Positions 40,799 through 51,119 of a stretch of 64,000 nucleotides of DNA are shown here, one piece after another; position 1 is the first letter of the stretch; every line of letters begins with the position of its first letter. A program made the translations under genes and the position numbers. The stretch is from SAR202 cluster bacterium (GTDB lineage Bacteria > Chloroflexota > Dehalococcoidia > Lucifugimonadales > UBA6927), in contig JAKUTX010000007.1 in assembly GCA_022447855.1 (NCBI GenBank), positions 4,172 through 68,171 of the forward strand, given 5' to 3'. The notes beneath the pieces are model-generated. The model saw nothing but the letters and a program-made list of their open reading frames with translations, was not told the origin of the DNA and searched no databases.

Positions 40799-41846
40799 TG
40801 TTTTGAGTATTTATCCACTTAGATATTTGTTTCACAGGGATATTTTGAGTCCATAGGTAAAATTGCCCGATAATAACTACTGGTAAGATCAGTACTGCAT
40901 GTACTATGGTAGCGAATGCAGTGCCGGATGCTCGATCTATTGCTCCGAACGATGCGATACTTATAGTCTCTCGAGTGATGATTTCAAACAATCCTATCCC
41001 TCCAGGTGTTGAAGGTATGGAACTGCCGATATTCGATACACATGTGGTAAGGATCATAATCCAGCTTAGGTGAAAAAAATCTCTGAAGAATTCTTGGAGC
41101 CCTAAAGCATATGCGATAGTGACAAAGACCGTTGCTTCCATGATCCAAACTAAAAATGATAATCCAGTTAGATATATCATAAATATTGGGTTTCTAAGGG
41201 ATTGCAGACCTTGGATAAATAATTCGGCAATTTCAGTCAATGTTTTTTTAAAGCGTTGGGGTAAGGGATTGAGAAGGAATTCAATAATTTTCATTGTGCT
41301 ATCAGGTTTATAACTTACCAATGTTAAAAGAATCAATATTGTGCAAATGGGAATTGCAAAAATTGCTAAGAAAATTGGCCATTCCATTGAATTGCTTGAA
41401 TTCAAAATTGACCCGAGAGAGGTTATTGGTACAATAATTAACGAAATTCCCATGAGTATTAGAAGTGTAATTGCATCTAATACCCTCTCTAGTGTAATTG
41501 TAGCAATTCCAGACGCAGGGCTAATATTTTCTTTATGACTTAGATAGTATGCGCCGACAAATTCCCCTAAACGAAATGGCAAGATGTTGTTTGCCATGTA
41601 TCTAATAATCAATACTGGATATAATCGTCGGGTACTAATAGGAGAGAGATGGTTTAGTAAGATTTTCCATCTAATTGTTCGAAACATAATTGAAATTAAA
41701 TAAAGTAAAATTGCGGGATACAAATACCAATGTTTTATTGATTGGAATGTTTTATATGTTTCGGATAAATCTACTGTAATGAAGAAAATAATGAGTAATA
41801 GAACACTTAGTACAATTCCAAATATTATGGTTCTAGATTGATTCAA
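40779..41846 (-). CDS. UPF0104/AglD2-like flippase (lysylphosphatidylglycerol synthase TM domain)
   Basis: RTIRWKILL, YMANNILPFRLGE, LERVLD, PSTPGGIGLFE. Confidence 0.88.
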   Translation of the reverse strand: MNQSRTIIFGIVLSVLLLIIFFITVDLSETYKTFQSIKHWYLYPAILLYLISIMFRTIRWKILLNHLSPISTRRLYPVLIIRYMANNILPFRLGEFVGAYYLSHKENISPASGIATITLERVLDAITLLILMGISLIIVPITSLGSILNSSNSMEWPIFLAIFAIPICTILILLTLVSYKPDSTMKIIEFLLNPLPQRFKKTLTEIAELFIQGLQSLRNPIFMIYLTGLSFLVWIMEATVFVTIAYALGLQEFFRDFFHLSWIMILTTCVSNIGSSIPSTPGGIGLFEIITRETISIASFGAIDRASGTAFATIVHAVLILPVVIIGQFYLWTQNIPVKQISKWINTQNNESTKI

Positions 41847-41865
41847 ATTTTCCCCTTCACATAAT

Positions 41866-44121
41866 TTACTGTTTAATCTCTAAGGGTGGAATTTCAGTAT
41901 AGATTCTTTTAGGTATAAATATAAATGCATTTTCACTGCCTATTTTTTCTTCTACACCGTCACGATATAGCCAATAATTTGTTAGGCTTCTTATGGATTG
42001 TCGATTAGTCAATATTCTAAGAATTTTTTGGGGGGTTAGATCCCGATAAGTTTCATCAAATTCTGGAAACCACCATCTATGACGTAAAACTATCTTGTCA
42101 GCAAAAGTTGCGATATTCTGCAATTTTTGGATATCAGAAAGATTATTTTCATGAACGATAACTATATCGGGATTATTAGATAATTGCGTAGTGTTTTTGA
42201 ATCCTGAAGGATAAGAAACATTTTGATAATCTCTAAGGTACCAAATCCAAGGCCAAGTAAAACCATTTGTTTGATCAATAACTATATGTATCATTTCACC
42301 TTTGTTGGTGATTTCGCTTGTTGTTTCGATGAAAGATAATACATTGATTAATTCTGGAGTAGTTTGTGTATAAACGATTAGTTCTTTAGGTATTGATTGG
42401 TTAACATAATTGGTAATCAAACTAGTTCTAATAGTTAGAATTAGCAATAGGAATGCTACAGATATTGTTGCGATAGGGATTAAATTCATTTTGATGGCGG
42501 TGGCTTTATATCTTCCTAAAATGAGATTTCCTATTAAAATCAAGCTCAGCAATGCAGACACAAAAAATGTTAACAACGATGGAGATATTATTAGTTGAAA
42601 CACACTTACTAGAAGGAGGGGAAAAATTGCAAAGAAAATTATCTTTTCTGTTATCCATGAATCTTTCCAAAGGATTTTTTTTGAAATATCCCCTAAGAAT
42701 TGTGACGATAAAAGGATCATTGGCAAGGTAATATTCACTAGTAGCCAAGGCATTTTTTCAGAAACAAAAATGAAAATTAAAAAAGTTGATAAAACCCAAT
42801 AAACCAAGAATATAGAAAAGGGATTTTTTCTATTAAAGTAGTAGTAAATGCTTGCAAAAAAACTAAAGATGAATGGCAGATATTCGTAAATTGGAGTAAT
42901 TATAAAATAGTAATACCAGGGCTGAGATCCTCGGGCAACTTCTTGCTGTGAAATCCAATATGATAATTGACGCCATGAACCACTTCCAATATTTGCTGTC
43001 GCTAGATTTATCATTTCTTTTCCGGTTGTATCGAAAGAAAAATTCATTATGGGGATTGAGTACAAAATAATCCAAATAATGTTTGAAAAAATAGATATCC
43101 AAATAATGTAAAAAAGTATTATCGCTCGAAACCATATGTTCCATTTGGACAAAACGCCAATAGCTATTGATAAAATCAATAGACTGATAAAAATTAATAT
43201 TGCTACGATATGTCCTATAGTGCCTAATGGGTTGCCAACATTAGGAGAAGTGTAGTCCTGGGATAGAATAATACCAGTCCAAGAAAAAATAGCTGTATCT
43301 TGCAAGACAGAGAATAATGATGACCATTGTGGTAAGCAAACAATAATTAAGATGATTAAAAATTTTGTCTGTCTTGAAAAATCTGATGGATTATAGTTTG
43401 TTCTCGAAGCTTTAAAAACTTCTTTGATTATCAGCCAAATTCCATTGAACGGATTTTGTCCATAAGTATTTGCGCGTGCCAAAATTGGCGGAAGATTTTT
43501 TTGTACTACTACAAATGTTAAATAGAATCCTAGGATAGCAATAATAAGAAATGATGACTCTTTGGTGCCCATAGATAATGCTAAAATTGCAGATGCAAGA
43601 TAAATATATTTTGACCGACCTTCATATATAAATTTCCACAGACAAATTATTAATCCCATGATCAGAAATGCCATTAGAATGTCGTTTCTGGAAAAGCGGC
43701 TAAAATATAATAATGATGGCGAAATTGTCAGCATTATTGATGCTAAGACAATGCTGAACTTGCTCATATAAGGTTTGAGCCAAAAAGGCATGATTACAAT
43801 GATCGATCCAATGGATGCATATAGTAATCTTGAAGTGAATTCGGAGTCTCCAAAAATTCGAAAAATCAGGGCGTTGAATTGAAATTGGAGTGGCCCATGC
43901 ATCATTGGTGTATGACTATAGCCTCCGCCTTCTGCTAAAACCCATGAATAGAATGAATGTAAGCTTTCATCATGATGAAGAGGTCTTAGGTCGAGATCAT
44001 ATAATCTAAGCAAAAATGCTAAAAACAACAACGTTAAGATTAGAAAAAATTCATGAGTTATTTTAATGTTGCGCCACATCGATTTTAGATCACCTAAATT
44101 ATTAATATTTAGTATTCCCAA
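41866..44121 (-). CDS. TIGR03663-type (Agl23-like) GT-C/PMT-family membrane protein
   Basis: LRLYDLDLRPLHHDESLH, PMMHGP, YFSRFSRND, TKE, RGSQPWYYY, EKMPWL, VYTQT. Confidence 0.85.
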   Translation of the reverse strand: MGILNINNLGDLKSMWRNIKITHEFFLILTLLFLAFLLRLYDLDLRPLHHDESLHSFYSWVLAEGGGYSHTPMMHGPLQFQFNALIFRIFGDSEFTSRLLYASIGSIIVIMPFWLKPYMSKFSIVLASIMLTISPSLLYFSRFSRNDILMAFLIMGLIICLWKFIYEGRSKYIYLASAILALSMGTKESSFLIIAILGFYLTFVVVQKNLPPILARANTYGQNPFNGIWLIIKEVFKASRTNYNPSDFSRQTKFLIILIIVCLPQWSSLFSVLQDTAIFSWTGIILSQDYTSPNVGNPLGTIGHIVAILIFISLLILSIAIGVLSKWNIWFRAIILFYIIWISIFSNIIWIILYSIPIMNFSFDTTGKEMINLATANIGSGSWRQLSYWISQQEVARGSQPWYYYFIITPIYEYLPFIFSFFASIYYYFNRKNPFSIFLVYWVLSTFLIFIFVSEKMPWLLVNITLPMILLSSQFLGDISKKILWKDSWITEKIIFFAIFPLLLVSVFQLIISPSLLTFFVSALLSLILIGNLILGRYKATAIKMNLIPIATISVAFLLLILTIRTSLITNYVNQSIPKELIVYTQTTPELINVLSFIETTSEITNKGEMIHIVIDQTNGFTWPWIWYLRDYQNVSYPSGFKNTTQLSNNPDIVIVHENNLSDIQKLQNIATFADKIVLRHRWWFPEFDETYRDLTPQKILRILTNRQSIRSLTNYWLYRDGVEEKIGSENAFIFIPKRIYTEIPPLEIKQ

Positions 44122-46526
44122 TAGTACAATTTCGAATCTTTTGAATCGACAACAAGTTTCATGAATGTCTGAAATTTGTCAGTATTGGACTTGCTGTATA
44201 TTTGTGATTCACGAGGGCCAATATAAACGTAATTGATATGATATTTCATCATTTTTGCTTTTGTTAGGCTGTTGTCCAATGTTGTAAAAATTAAATTTAT
44301 GTCTGAACTTCGAATTTCAAATTCTTGATTATTACCCCTCCATTGAATTTCGTGCCCTGGCCAGTTAAAGACATTTGAGACGCCTGTGCTTCGTGAAATT
44401 AGCCCTGCATTTTCCCATTCGCCTACAGATTCTAACAAAACATCTGTGGGTTTAGAATTCTTCAATAAATATTCTATAACTTCATATTCTGAAGATTCCT
44501 TTTTAAGGTATTCTAGTCCATCAAGTGTTTGAGTTGTATTGGCGAAATCGATTTTGGATGAAATGGTTGCAGGAGTATAGTAGAGAGAAGAACAAAAAAT
44601 TATTAAATATATAGACAGAAGACCTCCCCCCATTTTCTTCTTTAATCCTTTAACAGTTTTTAAAAATTGAATTGCATATATTAATGAAAATGACGATGCA
44701 ATAATGCTTAAGATTCCTGCCTGATAATACAATTTGAATAGAGTATTCATTCTTTCATGAGAAGACGAAAAAAGATCATCTAGATATAATAATTCTGCCC
44801 CTAATATTAATCCTAAAGATACAGAAGTAATCATTAGAACAAAGACTTTTCCTGATATTCCAACGAATTTAGTTTCCCAAAGGGAAGTGTAGATACAAAT
44901 TCCTATTATTATTGCTATAGGTAAGGTTTTAAAGATGTGTGATGCAATGTTAATTTCCACTATTGAATTACTGGCGACAGCAAGCAACATAAAATATGGA
45001 GAAGATGCTATGAGGAAAGATATAATGGAAAACTTTTTCCAATAAGAGTTAATTTTTGTCTGATAAAAACTAATAAAGACGAATGGTATTATAGGCGTAA
45101 TTAGTAACCCCCAAACAATTAGAATGTGGATTGGTCTCGATGTAATTTCCACTACTTTTAGACCATTAACTGATGAAGATAGATTTCCAAAATATGGGTA
45201 AAACACCATTAAAGATATAACTAAACAAATAGAAATGAACGGGATAATTTGTCCAAAAAATATTTTAAAGGAGAACTTATTATTTTTATAAATGTACAAT
45301 GACAAAGAAACAGTGAGTAATGCTAAGAGAGTTGGAAAATCCCAGATATTTAAAAAGGTCAAAGATCCTAAAAGGATAGACACGAAAAGAATTGTTATGA
45401 ACTTTTGCACATGGACATTTTTTAAGATTATTATTTGATTTCCCCAATTTCCATTAATCGAATTAGGGATTAATGGAAAATATTTTTTCGAGAGAGGTTT
45501 TTCACTATCCAAGTTTTGATGTGGAATCTCTTGGGATATTAATAGATTCCAGCAAAATGAAACAAAAATTAGTACAAATGGTAATGCCATTACATGTGGA
45601 TGGAGATCACCTAAAAGGAAACTGAAAGATGGAAATTCTTGAATTGTATAATCGGTAATTCCATTATGATCTTTGGAATTTATTACCCTGCTAGCTCTCC
45701 ACCACCACCAATGGTCATTGGGGATAAAAGATGCTAATGAATCTGGATTTTTCACAGTTAAACCGGAGATATCCACCCATGAAACGAACTTCCCCGGCAG
45801 CAATTTCAAAGAATTGAATAGTTCTAAAACTGGCTCCAGATTTGATGAAATATTTATTAAAGTGAAAGATGTTAATCCAATAATTGACAGATTTAATTTC
45901 CGATTGGGTAAGTTTTGGCAGATATTAGATAGCAGGCCGAAAACAGCAGCTGAAGCCAGGGAGGGTATTAATGCCAGAGAAAGGTTATATGCTATTTGAG
46001 GAGGTGTTTGGGAGATTTTTGCAATTATTCCCATCATCCAATAACCAAAATAATAGTAATTTACATTATATGATGAAAGCCACATATCTTTTGGGGATCC
46101 GATTGTGGTCTTGATTGATGATGTTAATAGTCCATGATCCATGGGTTGTTCAGTATGATTAATTGAAGGGTCAAAAGATCTATATATTAACCATAGAAGA
46201 AAAATTGATATCCATACAATCTCTGTCAAAATGATCATATTTTTGTGATTCTTAAAGAAAGAGATAAATTTGGTTTTATTGATATAAAAAATATAAATTG
46301 ATGGAAGCGAAATAATTAGCAAAAATATTGAAAGAGAAATTTGGTTAATTGAAACGATATAGAATGATGAGCAAAACCAAGAAATCAATCCTAGAATAAG
46401 TATTCCGAATGGTTTTGAAATAGAATAACCTTTGTCTGCAAGATTTGAGAAAAGCAAAGAAGTGATAGGGAATATAATTATTCCCAATATTTCTATAATC
46501 AAAATCCATGAAATGACGTGTAACAT
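44109..46526 (-). CDS. DUF2298 / Chlor_Arch_YYY (TIGR03662) polytopic membrane protein
   Basis: TEQPMD, VNYYYFG, WWWRASRVI, EFPSFSFLLGDLHPH, RMNTLFKLYYQ, TLDG, WPGHEIQWR. Confidence 0.88.
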   Translation of the reverse strand: MLHVISWILIIEILGIIIFPITSLLFSNLADKGYSISKPFGILILGLISWFCSSFYIVSINQISLSIFLLIISLPSIYIFYINKTKFISFFKNHKNMIILTEIVWISIFLLWLIYRSFDPSINHTEQPMDHGLLTSSIKTTIGSPKDMWLSSYNVNYYYFGYWMMGIIAKISQTPPQIAYNLSLALIPSLASAAVFGLLSNICQNLPNRKLNLSIIGLTSFTLINISSNLEPVLELFNSLKLLPGKFVSWVDISGLTVKNPDSLASFIPNDHWWWWRASRVINSKDHNGITDYTIQEFPSFSFLLGDLHPHVMALPFVLIFVSFCWNLLISQEIPHQNLDSEKPLSKKYFPLIPNSINGNWGNQIIILKNVHVQKFITILFVSILLGSLTFLNIWDFPTLLALLTVSLSLYIYKNNKFSFKIFFGQIIPFISICLVISLMVFYPYFGNLSSSVNGLKVVEITSRPIHILIVWGLLITPIIPFVFISFYQTKINSYWKKFSIISFLIASSPYFMLLAVASNSIVEINIASHIFKTLPIAIIIGICIYTSLWETKFVGISGKVFVLMITSVSLGLILGAELLYLDDLFSSSHERMNTLFKLYYQAGILSIIASSFSLIYAIQFLKTVKGLKKKMGGGLLSIYLIIFCSSLYYTPATISSKIDFANTTQTLDGLEYLKKESSEYEVIEYLLKNSKPTDVLLESVGEWENAGLISRSTGVSNVFNWPGHEIQWRGNNQEFEIRSSDINLIFTTLDNSLTKAKMMKYHINYVYIGPRESQIYSKSNTDKFQTFMKLVVDSKDSKLYYWEY

Positions 46527-46568
46527 ATCAGTCGGTTTATTTTCTGTGTAGCATATGTGGTCTGGAAA

Positions 46569-47531
46569 TTAAACTTCGGGGACTTCGAATAATTGATCAA
46601 TGAACAATGTTGGATTGAATGGGATTAGATCATCTAATGATTCCCCTGTTCCTAAAAATAATACAGGGAGATTTAACTCGAAAGCAGCAGTGATTGCTAT
46701 TCCTCCTTTAGAGCTAGTATCTAATTTTGTTAATATGATTCCGTCGCAGTTTAATGTATTGGTGAAAGTTTTAGCTTGTGCAAGACCATTTTGGCCTGTA
46801 GTTGCATCGAGTACTAGTAAAGTGATTGGATTAATTGGAATGGATTCTTTTGTAATTACTCTCAAAACTTTTTGCAATTCTTGCATCAGATTGGTTTTTG
46901 TGTGAAGTCTTCCTGCGGTATCTATAATGGCGTAATCGAATTTTCTATTTTTAGCTGCCTGAATAGTTGAAAAAGCTACAGCGCCAGGATCAGCACCTTC
47001 TTGCTGAGATATAATGTCAATTCCGATTCTGTTAGCCCAAATAGTGAGTTGTTCTACAGCAGCTGGTCTAAAAGTATCAGCAGCTCCCAGTAGAATATTT
47101 TTACCTTCAGATTTGTATAAATTTGCTAATTTTGCAATGGTCGTTGTTTTGCCTACTCCATTGACGCCTACAATAAGAATTGGTACAGGAGAGAGATTTT
47201 GACTGGTTTGAGTTTCTTCTTTCATGGTTGCAGAATCGAGAATTGAGAGCAATTCTTTTTTTAAGAAATCAATCTGTTGCTCAGTTGATTCCAATGTGTC
47301 AATCGATGACCTAAGATTATCAATGACTTGATCAACAATTTGTAGATTTATATCTGCACTTATTAGGATTTCTTCAATTGTTTCAATTTCATTTTCACCG
47401 ATTTTATTGTCATTGAAAATCGTTTTAAATTTACTGAACCATTTGAGTTTGGTTTTGGCGGTTGCGGCAGATGTTTTTTTGACATTTTGCGACTCAGAGG
47501 ATTTTGATAGGAGTCCAAACATTTTCGGCAT
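46569..47531 (-). CDS. ftsY: Signal recognition particle receptor FtsY
   Basis: GVNGVGKTTT, DTFRPAA, DTAGR, DATTGQN, TKLD. Confidence 0.97.
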   Translation of the reverse strand: MPKMFGLLSKSSESQNVKKTSAATAKTKLKWFSKFKTIFNDNKIGENEIETIEEILISADINLQIVDQVIDNLRSSIDTLESTEQQIDFLKKELLSILDSATMKEETQTSQNLSPVPILIVGVNGVGKTTTIAKLANLYKSEGKNILLGAADTFRPAAVEQLTIWANRIGIDIISQQEGADPGAVAFSTIQAAKNRKFDYAIIDTAGRLHTKTNLMQELQKVLRVITKESIPINPITLLVLDATTGQNGLAQAKTFTNTLNCDGIILTKLDTSSKGGIAITAAFELNLPVLFLGTGESLDDLIPFNPTLFIDQLFEVPEV

Positions 47532-47629
47532 AATTTTTACCCTTTAGTGGTCTTACTATATTTTATCATGTTGGTTTATATCTTAGCTAAAAGATGTGAT
47601 ACAGAGATACAAATGCTGGAAACACACAA

Positions 47630-48643
47630 TTAGTTGGAAGGCGAGATTTGTTTGAATCCGATTAGTTTTCCTGTGACTAATTGCCTGTGATCATAATATG
47701 GTCGGTTACTACATGTGACCAATGTAATAGAATGGTCTTTAGTTTCATAGAGTTCTAATTCATCTTTGTGAATGATTAATGATGAAACTACTTGGTATAG
47801 AAATTCAGTTTCTGTACTTGATATAGTTATGTAAACAGGTTCTCCATCCCTTAGTAAAGTTGCGACTTCAGGTAGTTTATGAAAAACACTTCCTTCTTTT
47901 GCAATGGGACTCTCAATATGTCCAAAGTACCATCCATTTCCTGTCTCTGCAGGATTGGCACTTTTGGGTATATGTCCGATTACATTGTTTGGAGTTTCAT
48001 ATGCTAGATGGTTTCCATGGTCGATTATTCTTAATTCCGATATGGAAGATTCTATTTTTACTAAAGGAATTGACATTTGCATTGGAAGAGAAAACACATT
48101 AACAGATTTCCATTTTTCGTCATCTAAGGGAAGAAATCCTAATGGCCTAAAATTATTTTTAGGCAAATATGGGTCACTTCCTGCTGACAATGGATTGCCC
48201 CAATATTTTGGATGAGGGATCCTGAAATATTCCGAATTGTATAATTCTAGGAATTCTTTTGTAGAAGTTTCTGAGGGAATTTCTGAATGTGGAATAACGA
48301 TTTCTGTAATTTTAGGATCTAATTTTGTTTTCGGAAGTTGTTCTTGATTAGATTCAGTATTTTGTAACTGGTCTTTAATATCCAGAGTAGCGGCTTGAAC
48401 TGGTTCAATTTTGAAAGGGATATCATTTTCGGGTATTTGTATTGGCCCATCAAATTCAACGTTTAGAGTCTCTAATTGGATAGATGAGTAAAATCCTAAA
48501 AGATGAAAAGATGATAGCCCAACAAATATAGCTAGGCCGGAAATAATCATAGAAAAAGCAACAGATCGTTTACTCTTCAGAGAAGAGGCCAATGTTAACA
48601 GAAATTCTAAAACTTTATTCACAACACTTGGCCGTTGTCGCAT
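47630..48643 (-). CDS. Sortase-family transpeptidase (class F/D-like)
   Basis: N-terminal membrane anchor; MSIPLVKI, FGH, TLVTC, downstream Arg (DHRQLV) forming a His-Cys-Arg triad. Confidence 0.82.
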   Translation of the reverse strand: MRQRPSVVNKVLEFLLTLASSLKSKRSVAFSMIISGLAIFVGLSSFHLLGFYSSIQLETLNVEFDGPIQIPENDIPFKIEPVQAATLDIKDQLQNTESNQEQLPKTKLDPKITEIVIPHSEIPSETSTKEFLELYNSEYFRIPHPKYWGNPLSAGSDPYLPKNNFRPLGFLPLDDEKWKSVNVFSLPMQMSIPLVKIESSISELRIIDHGNHLAYETPNNVIGHIPKSANPAETGNGWYFGHIESPIAKEGSVFHKLPEVATLLRDGEPVYITISSTETEFLYQVVSSLIIHKDELELYETKDHSITLVTCSNRPYYDHRQLVTGKLIGFKQISPSN

Positions 48644-48670
48644 TAATACATGTACGGATGAATGGAAATA

Positions 48671-48883
48671 TTAGCGCATTCTGGGTGAGGATCCATCGCT
48701 AATGTTCACTGGTTGATTCAAATGAATTTCACCATTCCTGATTTTTAAGTTAAACAAACAATCAGGATTACTGCACACCCATGCTTTGTAATGAACTGCA
48801 GCTCCTTGATTGCCAAAATCAGAAAGTGGCAATAACTCACCTGTGCCACAGACTTGGCATTTTGGCCAACTGAATTCGGTCAT
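48671..48883 (-). CDS. Small zinc-ribbon protein
   Basis: CQVCG...WVCSNPDC; GAGGAGG RBS before ATG 48883. Confidence 0.75.
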   Translation of the reverse strand: MTEFSWPKCQVCGTGELLPLSDFGNQGAAVHYKAWVCSNPDCLFNLKIRNGEIHLNQPVNISDGSSPRMR

Positions 48884-48926
48884 CACACCCTCCTCAAATC
48901 CTCTAATGTCCGAATTAGACTTGATC

Positions 48927-48955
48927 ATTATAACATTGAAAAAAATGTTCTACAA
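48927..48955 (-). promoter_or_regulatory. Extended -10 promoter upstream of the zinc-ribbon/sortase genes
   Basis: Minus strand TTGTAG, 17-nt spacer, TATAAT preceded by TGn (TGTTATAAT). Confidence 0.6.
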
Positions 48956-48998
48956 GTATAAATATTTGAAAAGTTGGAAGACTTTCTTTTAAAGTTTG

Positions 48999-49829
48999 TT
49001 AAATATTAATATCAGTGTTTGGATTTTCCATAATATAATGTGCCTGGCGTAATCCAAAGTCTTCTTGAAGTTGTATTGATAGGCCACCATCCACAACCAA
49101 TCCGTGTCCTGTAATAAAACTTGCATCCTCTGAACAAAGAAATGAAATTGCATTTGCTATATCTTTGGTTTCCCCAACTTTTCTAAGGGGATATTGATTA
49201 TGGAAAAATTCGAGGCCTGAAGGATTGGAGTCCCATCTGTTTGATTGAACGGTTTCGGTTACTATATGACCTGGCAAAATGGAATTCACTCTGATGTTTT
49301 CAGGTCCAAAATCAATTGCCATTTGTTTTGTCATTTGAATAACTGCAGCTTTTGCAGTGTCATAGATTAATGCTTTAGGAGCGGCTAATGCACCATGAAC
49401 TGATGCGATATTTACTATATTGCCTCCTCCTGAATTGATCATGTGAGGGACTGCGAATTTTGTTCCTAGATAATGTGCTTTTAACAGTATTGAAAAACTT
49501 TCATCCCAATCTTCTTCACTAATTTCAACTGCATTTCCTCTTGCTGGAGGCGAATATGCATTGTTGACCAAAATGTCTAATTGTCCCCAGGTATCTATTG
49601 CGAATTCGATTAAATTTTTTAGCTCTGATGAGACACCAATGTTTGCTATAAATGCCTTGGCAATTCCACCATCTGAAATAATAGTCGATACATTTTGATG
49701 TGATGTTTCCTCATTAATGTCACCAATGATTACTTTTGCACCATCAGATGCTAATCGTCTTGCAGTTGCACCTCCAATGCCTGAACCTCCACCTGTTACT
49801 ATGGCAACCTTATTTTCGAATTTTGACAT
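48999..49829 (-). CDS. Short-chain dehydrogenase/reductase
   Basis: TGGGSGIG, NNA, YDTAK, IRVNSILPG. Confidence 0.93.
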   Translation of the reverse strand: MSKFENKVAIVTGGGSGIGGATARRLASDGAKVIIGDINEETSHQNVSTIISDGGIAKAFIANIGVSSELKNLIEFAIDTWGQLDILVNNAYSPPARGNAVEISEEDWDESFSILLKAHYLGTKFAVPHMINSGGGNIVNIASVHGALAAPKALIYDTAKAAVIQMTKQMAIDFGPENIRVNSILPGHIVTETVQSNRWDSNPSGLEFFHNQYPLRKVGETKDIANAISFLCSEDASFITGHGLVVDGGLSIQLQEDFGLRQAHYIMENPNTDINI

Positions 49830-49932
49830 TTTGTTCTCCTGGAAATTCTGTTTGTCTTACTTTCCTTAAGGTATGTTAGCTCTGCTAGAATAGCAATGAG
49901 TTTTCAGCGATGTAATTTTGGAGGTATTTAGG

Positions 49933-51117
49933 ATGCAATGGGTTTCTTCAATTTCCGAGAATTCTGATTTGTTGCAAGCTTTTAATGAGTGTTCTCAGAC
50001 ATTGTTTGAAAGTTTGCAAGGAAATCAACCAGATTTGATTCTTGGATTCCCTTCTGAACATCATTCTGAAAGGTTTTCTGATTTACCAGAGTTAGTTAAA
50101 AGTTTTTTTGGAGATGCTACGTTTTTCGGATGTTCTGGCGCTGGAGTGATAGGTGGAGGAAGAGAGATTGAACATGTGCCTTCATTAGCATTATGTGCTG
50201 TCTCGCTTCCAGATGTGACCATTTCTAAATTTAGATTTCAAGAGGATGATTTGCCTGATGCGGATGCTTCCCCAACAGATTGGTACAATTTGGTTCAATT
50301 AGATTATCAAGACGATCCAATATTTCTGATTTTGTCGCATCCTTCAACTATTTTTTGTGAGGATTTGTTAAAAGGATTAGATTTTGCATTTCCTAAAAGT
50401 AAGAAGATTGGAGGAATAGCCAGTGGGTTTTTGAATAATAGTCAAATATCCTTGTTTTTAGATAATGAAGTTATTCAAAAAGGAATAGTAGGAATTTCTA
50501 TGACCGGAGATATACAAATTGACACAATTGTTGCCCAAGGATGTCGGCCAATAGGTTCACCTGTTCAAGTAACTGAATGCCAACGGAATATTTTATATAA
50601 ATTGAATGATCAAACACCTGTAGAGATTCTCAGATCTTTGTTTCCTGATTTAAATGAAAGAGAGAAGGATTTGGCGCAGAATTCTCTGTTTTTGGGAGTA
50701 TTAATGGATTCATTTATTGAAAATCCTGAGCATGGAGATTTTTTGATAAGAAATATTTTGGGTATTGACGCAAAACAGGGTGCAATTGGAGTTGGGGAAT
50801 ATTTGCATGAAGGTCAAATTGTGCAATTTCATGTGAGAGATGGAATCTCATCATCTGAAGATCTTCAAGATGCGTTACAAAACTATGTCGATTTTCGACA
50901 GAATGCATCAGGATATGGAGCCCTTCTTTTTTCATGTTTAGGCAGAGGCGAGCAACTTTACCGTGTTCCAAATCATGATACGAAGATGTTTTATGACAAA
51001 CTTGGAGCAATGCCAGTAACTGGATTTTTTGGTAATGGGGAAATAGGACCAGTTGGAGACAGTACTTATCTACATGGATATACTAGTTCTTTTGGCATAT
51101 TTCGACCGTCTAGTTAA
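49933..51117 (+). CDS. FIST domain protein (FIST N and C, NosP-like)
   Basis: GCSGAGVIG, GGIASG, AQGCRPIG, FSCLGRG, GFFGNGEIGP; GGAGG RBS. Confidence 0.9.
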   Translation: MQWVSSISENSDLLQAFNECSQTLFESLQGNQPDLILGFPSEHHSERFSDLPELVKSFFGDATFFGCSGAGVIGGGREIEHVPSLALCAVSLPDVTISKFRFQEDDLPDADASPTDWYNLVQLDYQDDPIFLILSHPSTIFCEDLLKGLDFAFPKSKKIGGIASGFLNNSQISLFLDNEVIQKGIVGISMTGDIQIDTIVAQGCRPIGSPVQVTECQRNILYKLNDQTPVEILRSLFPDLNEREKDLAQNSLFLGVLMDSFIENPEHGDFLIRNILGIDAKQGAIGVGEYLHEGQIVQFHVRDGISSSEDLQDALQNYVDFRQNASGYGALLFSCLGRGEQLYRVPNHDTKMFYDKLGAMPVTGFFGNGEIGPVGDSTYLHGYTSSFGIFRPSS

Positions 51118-51119
51118 CT

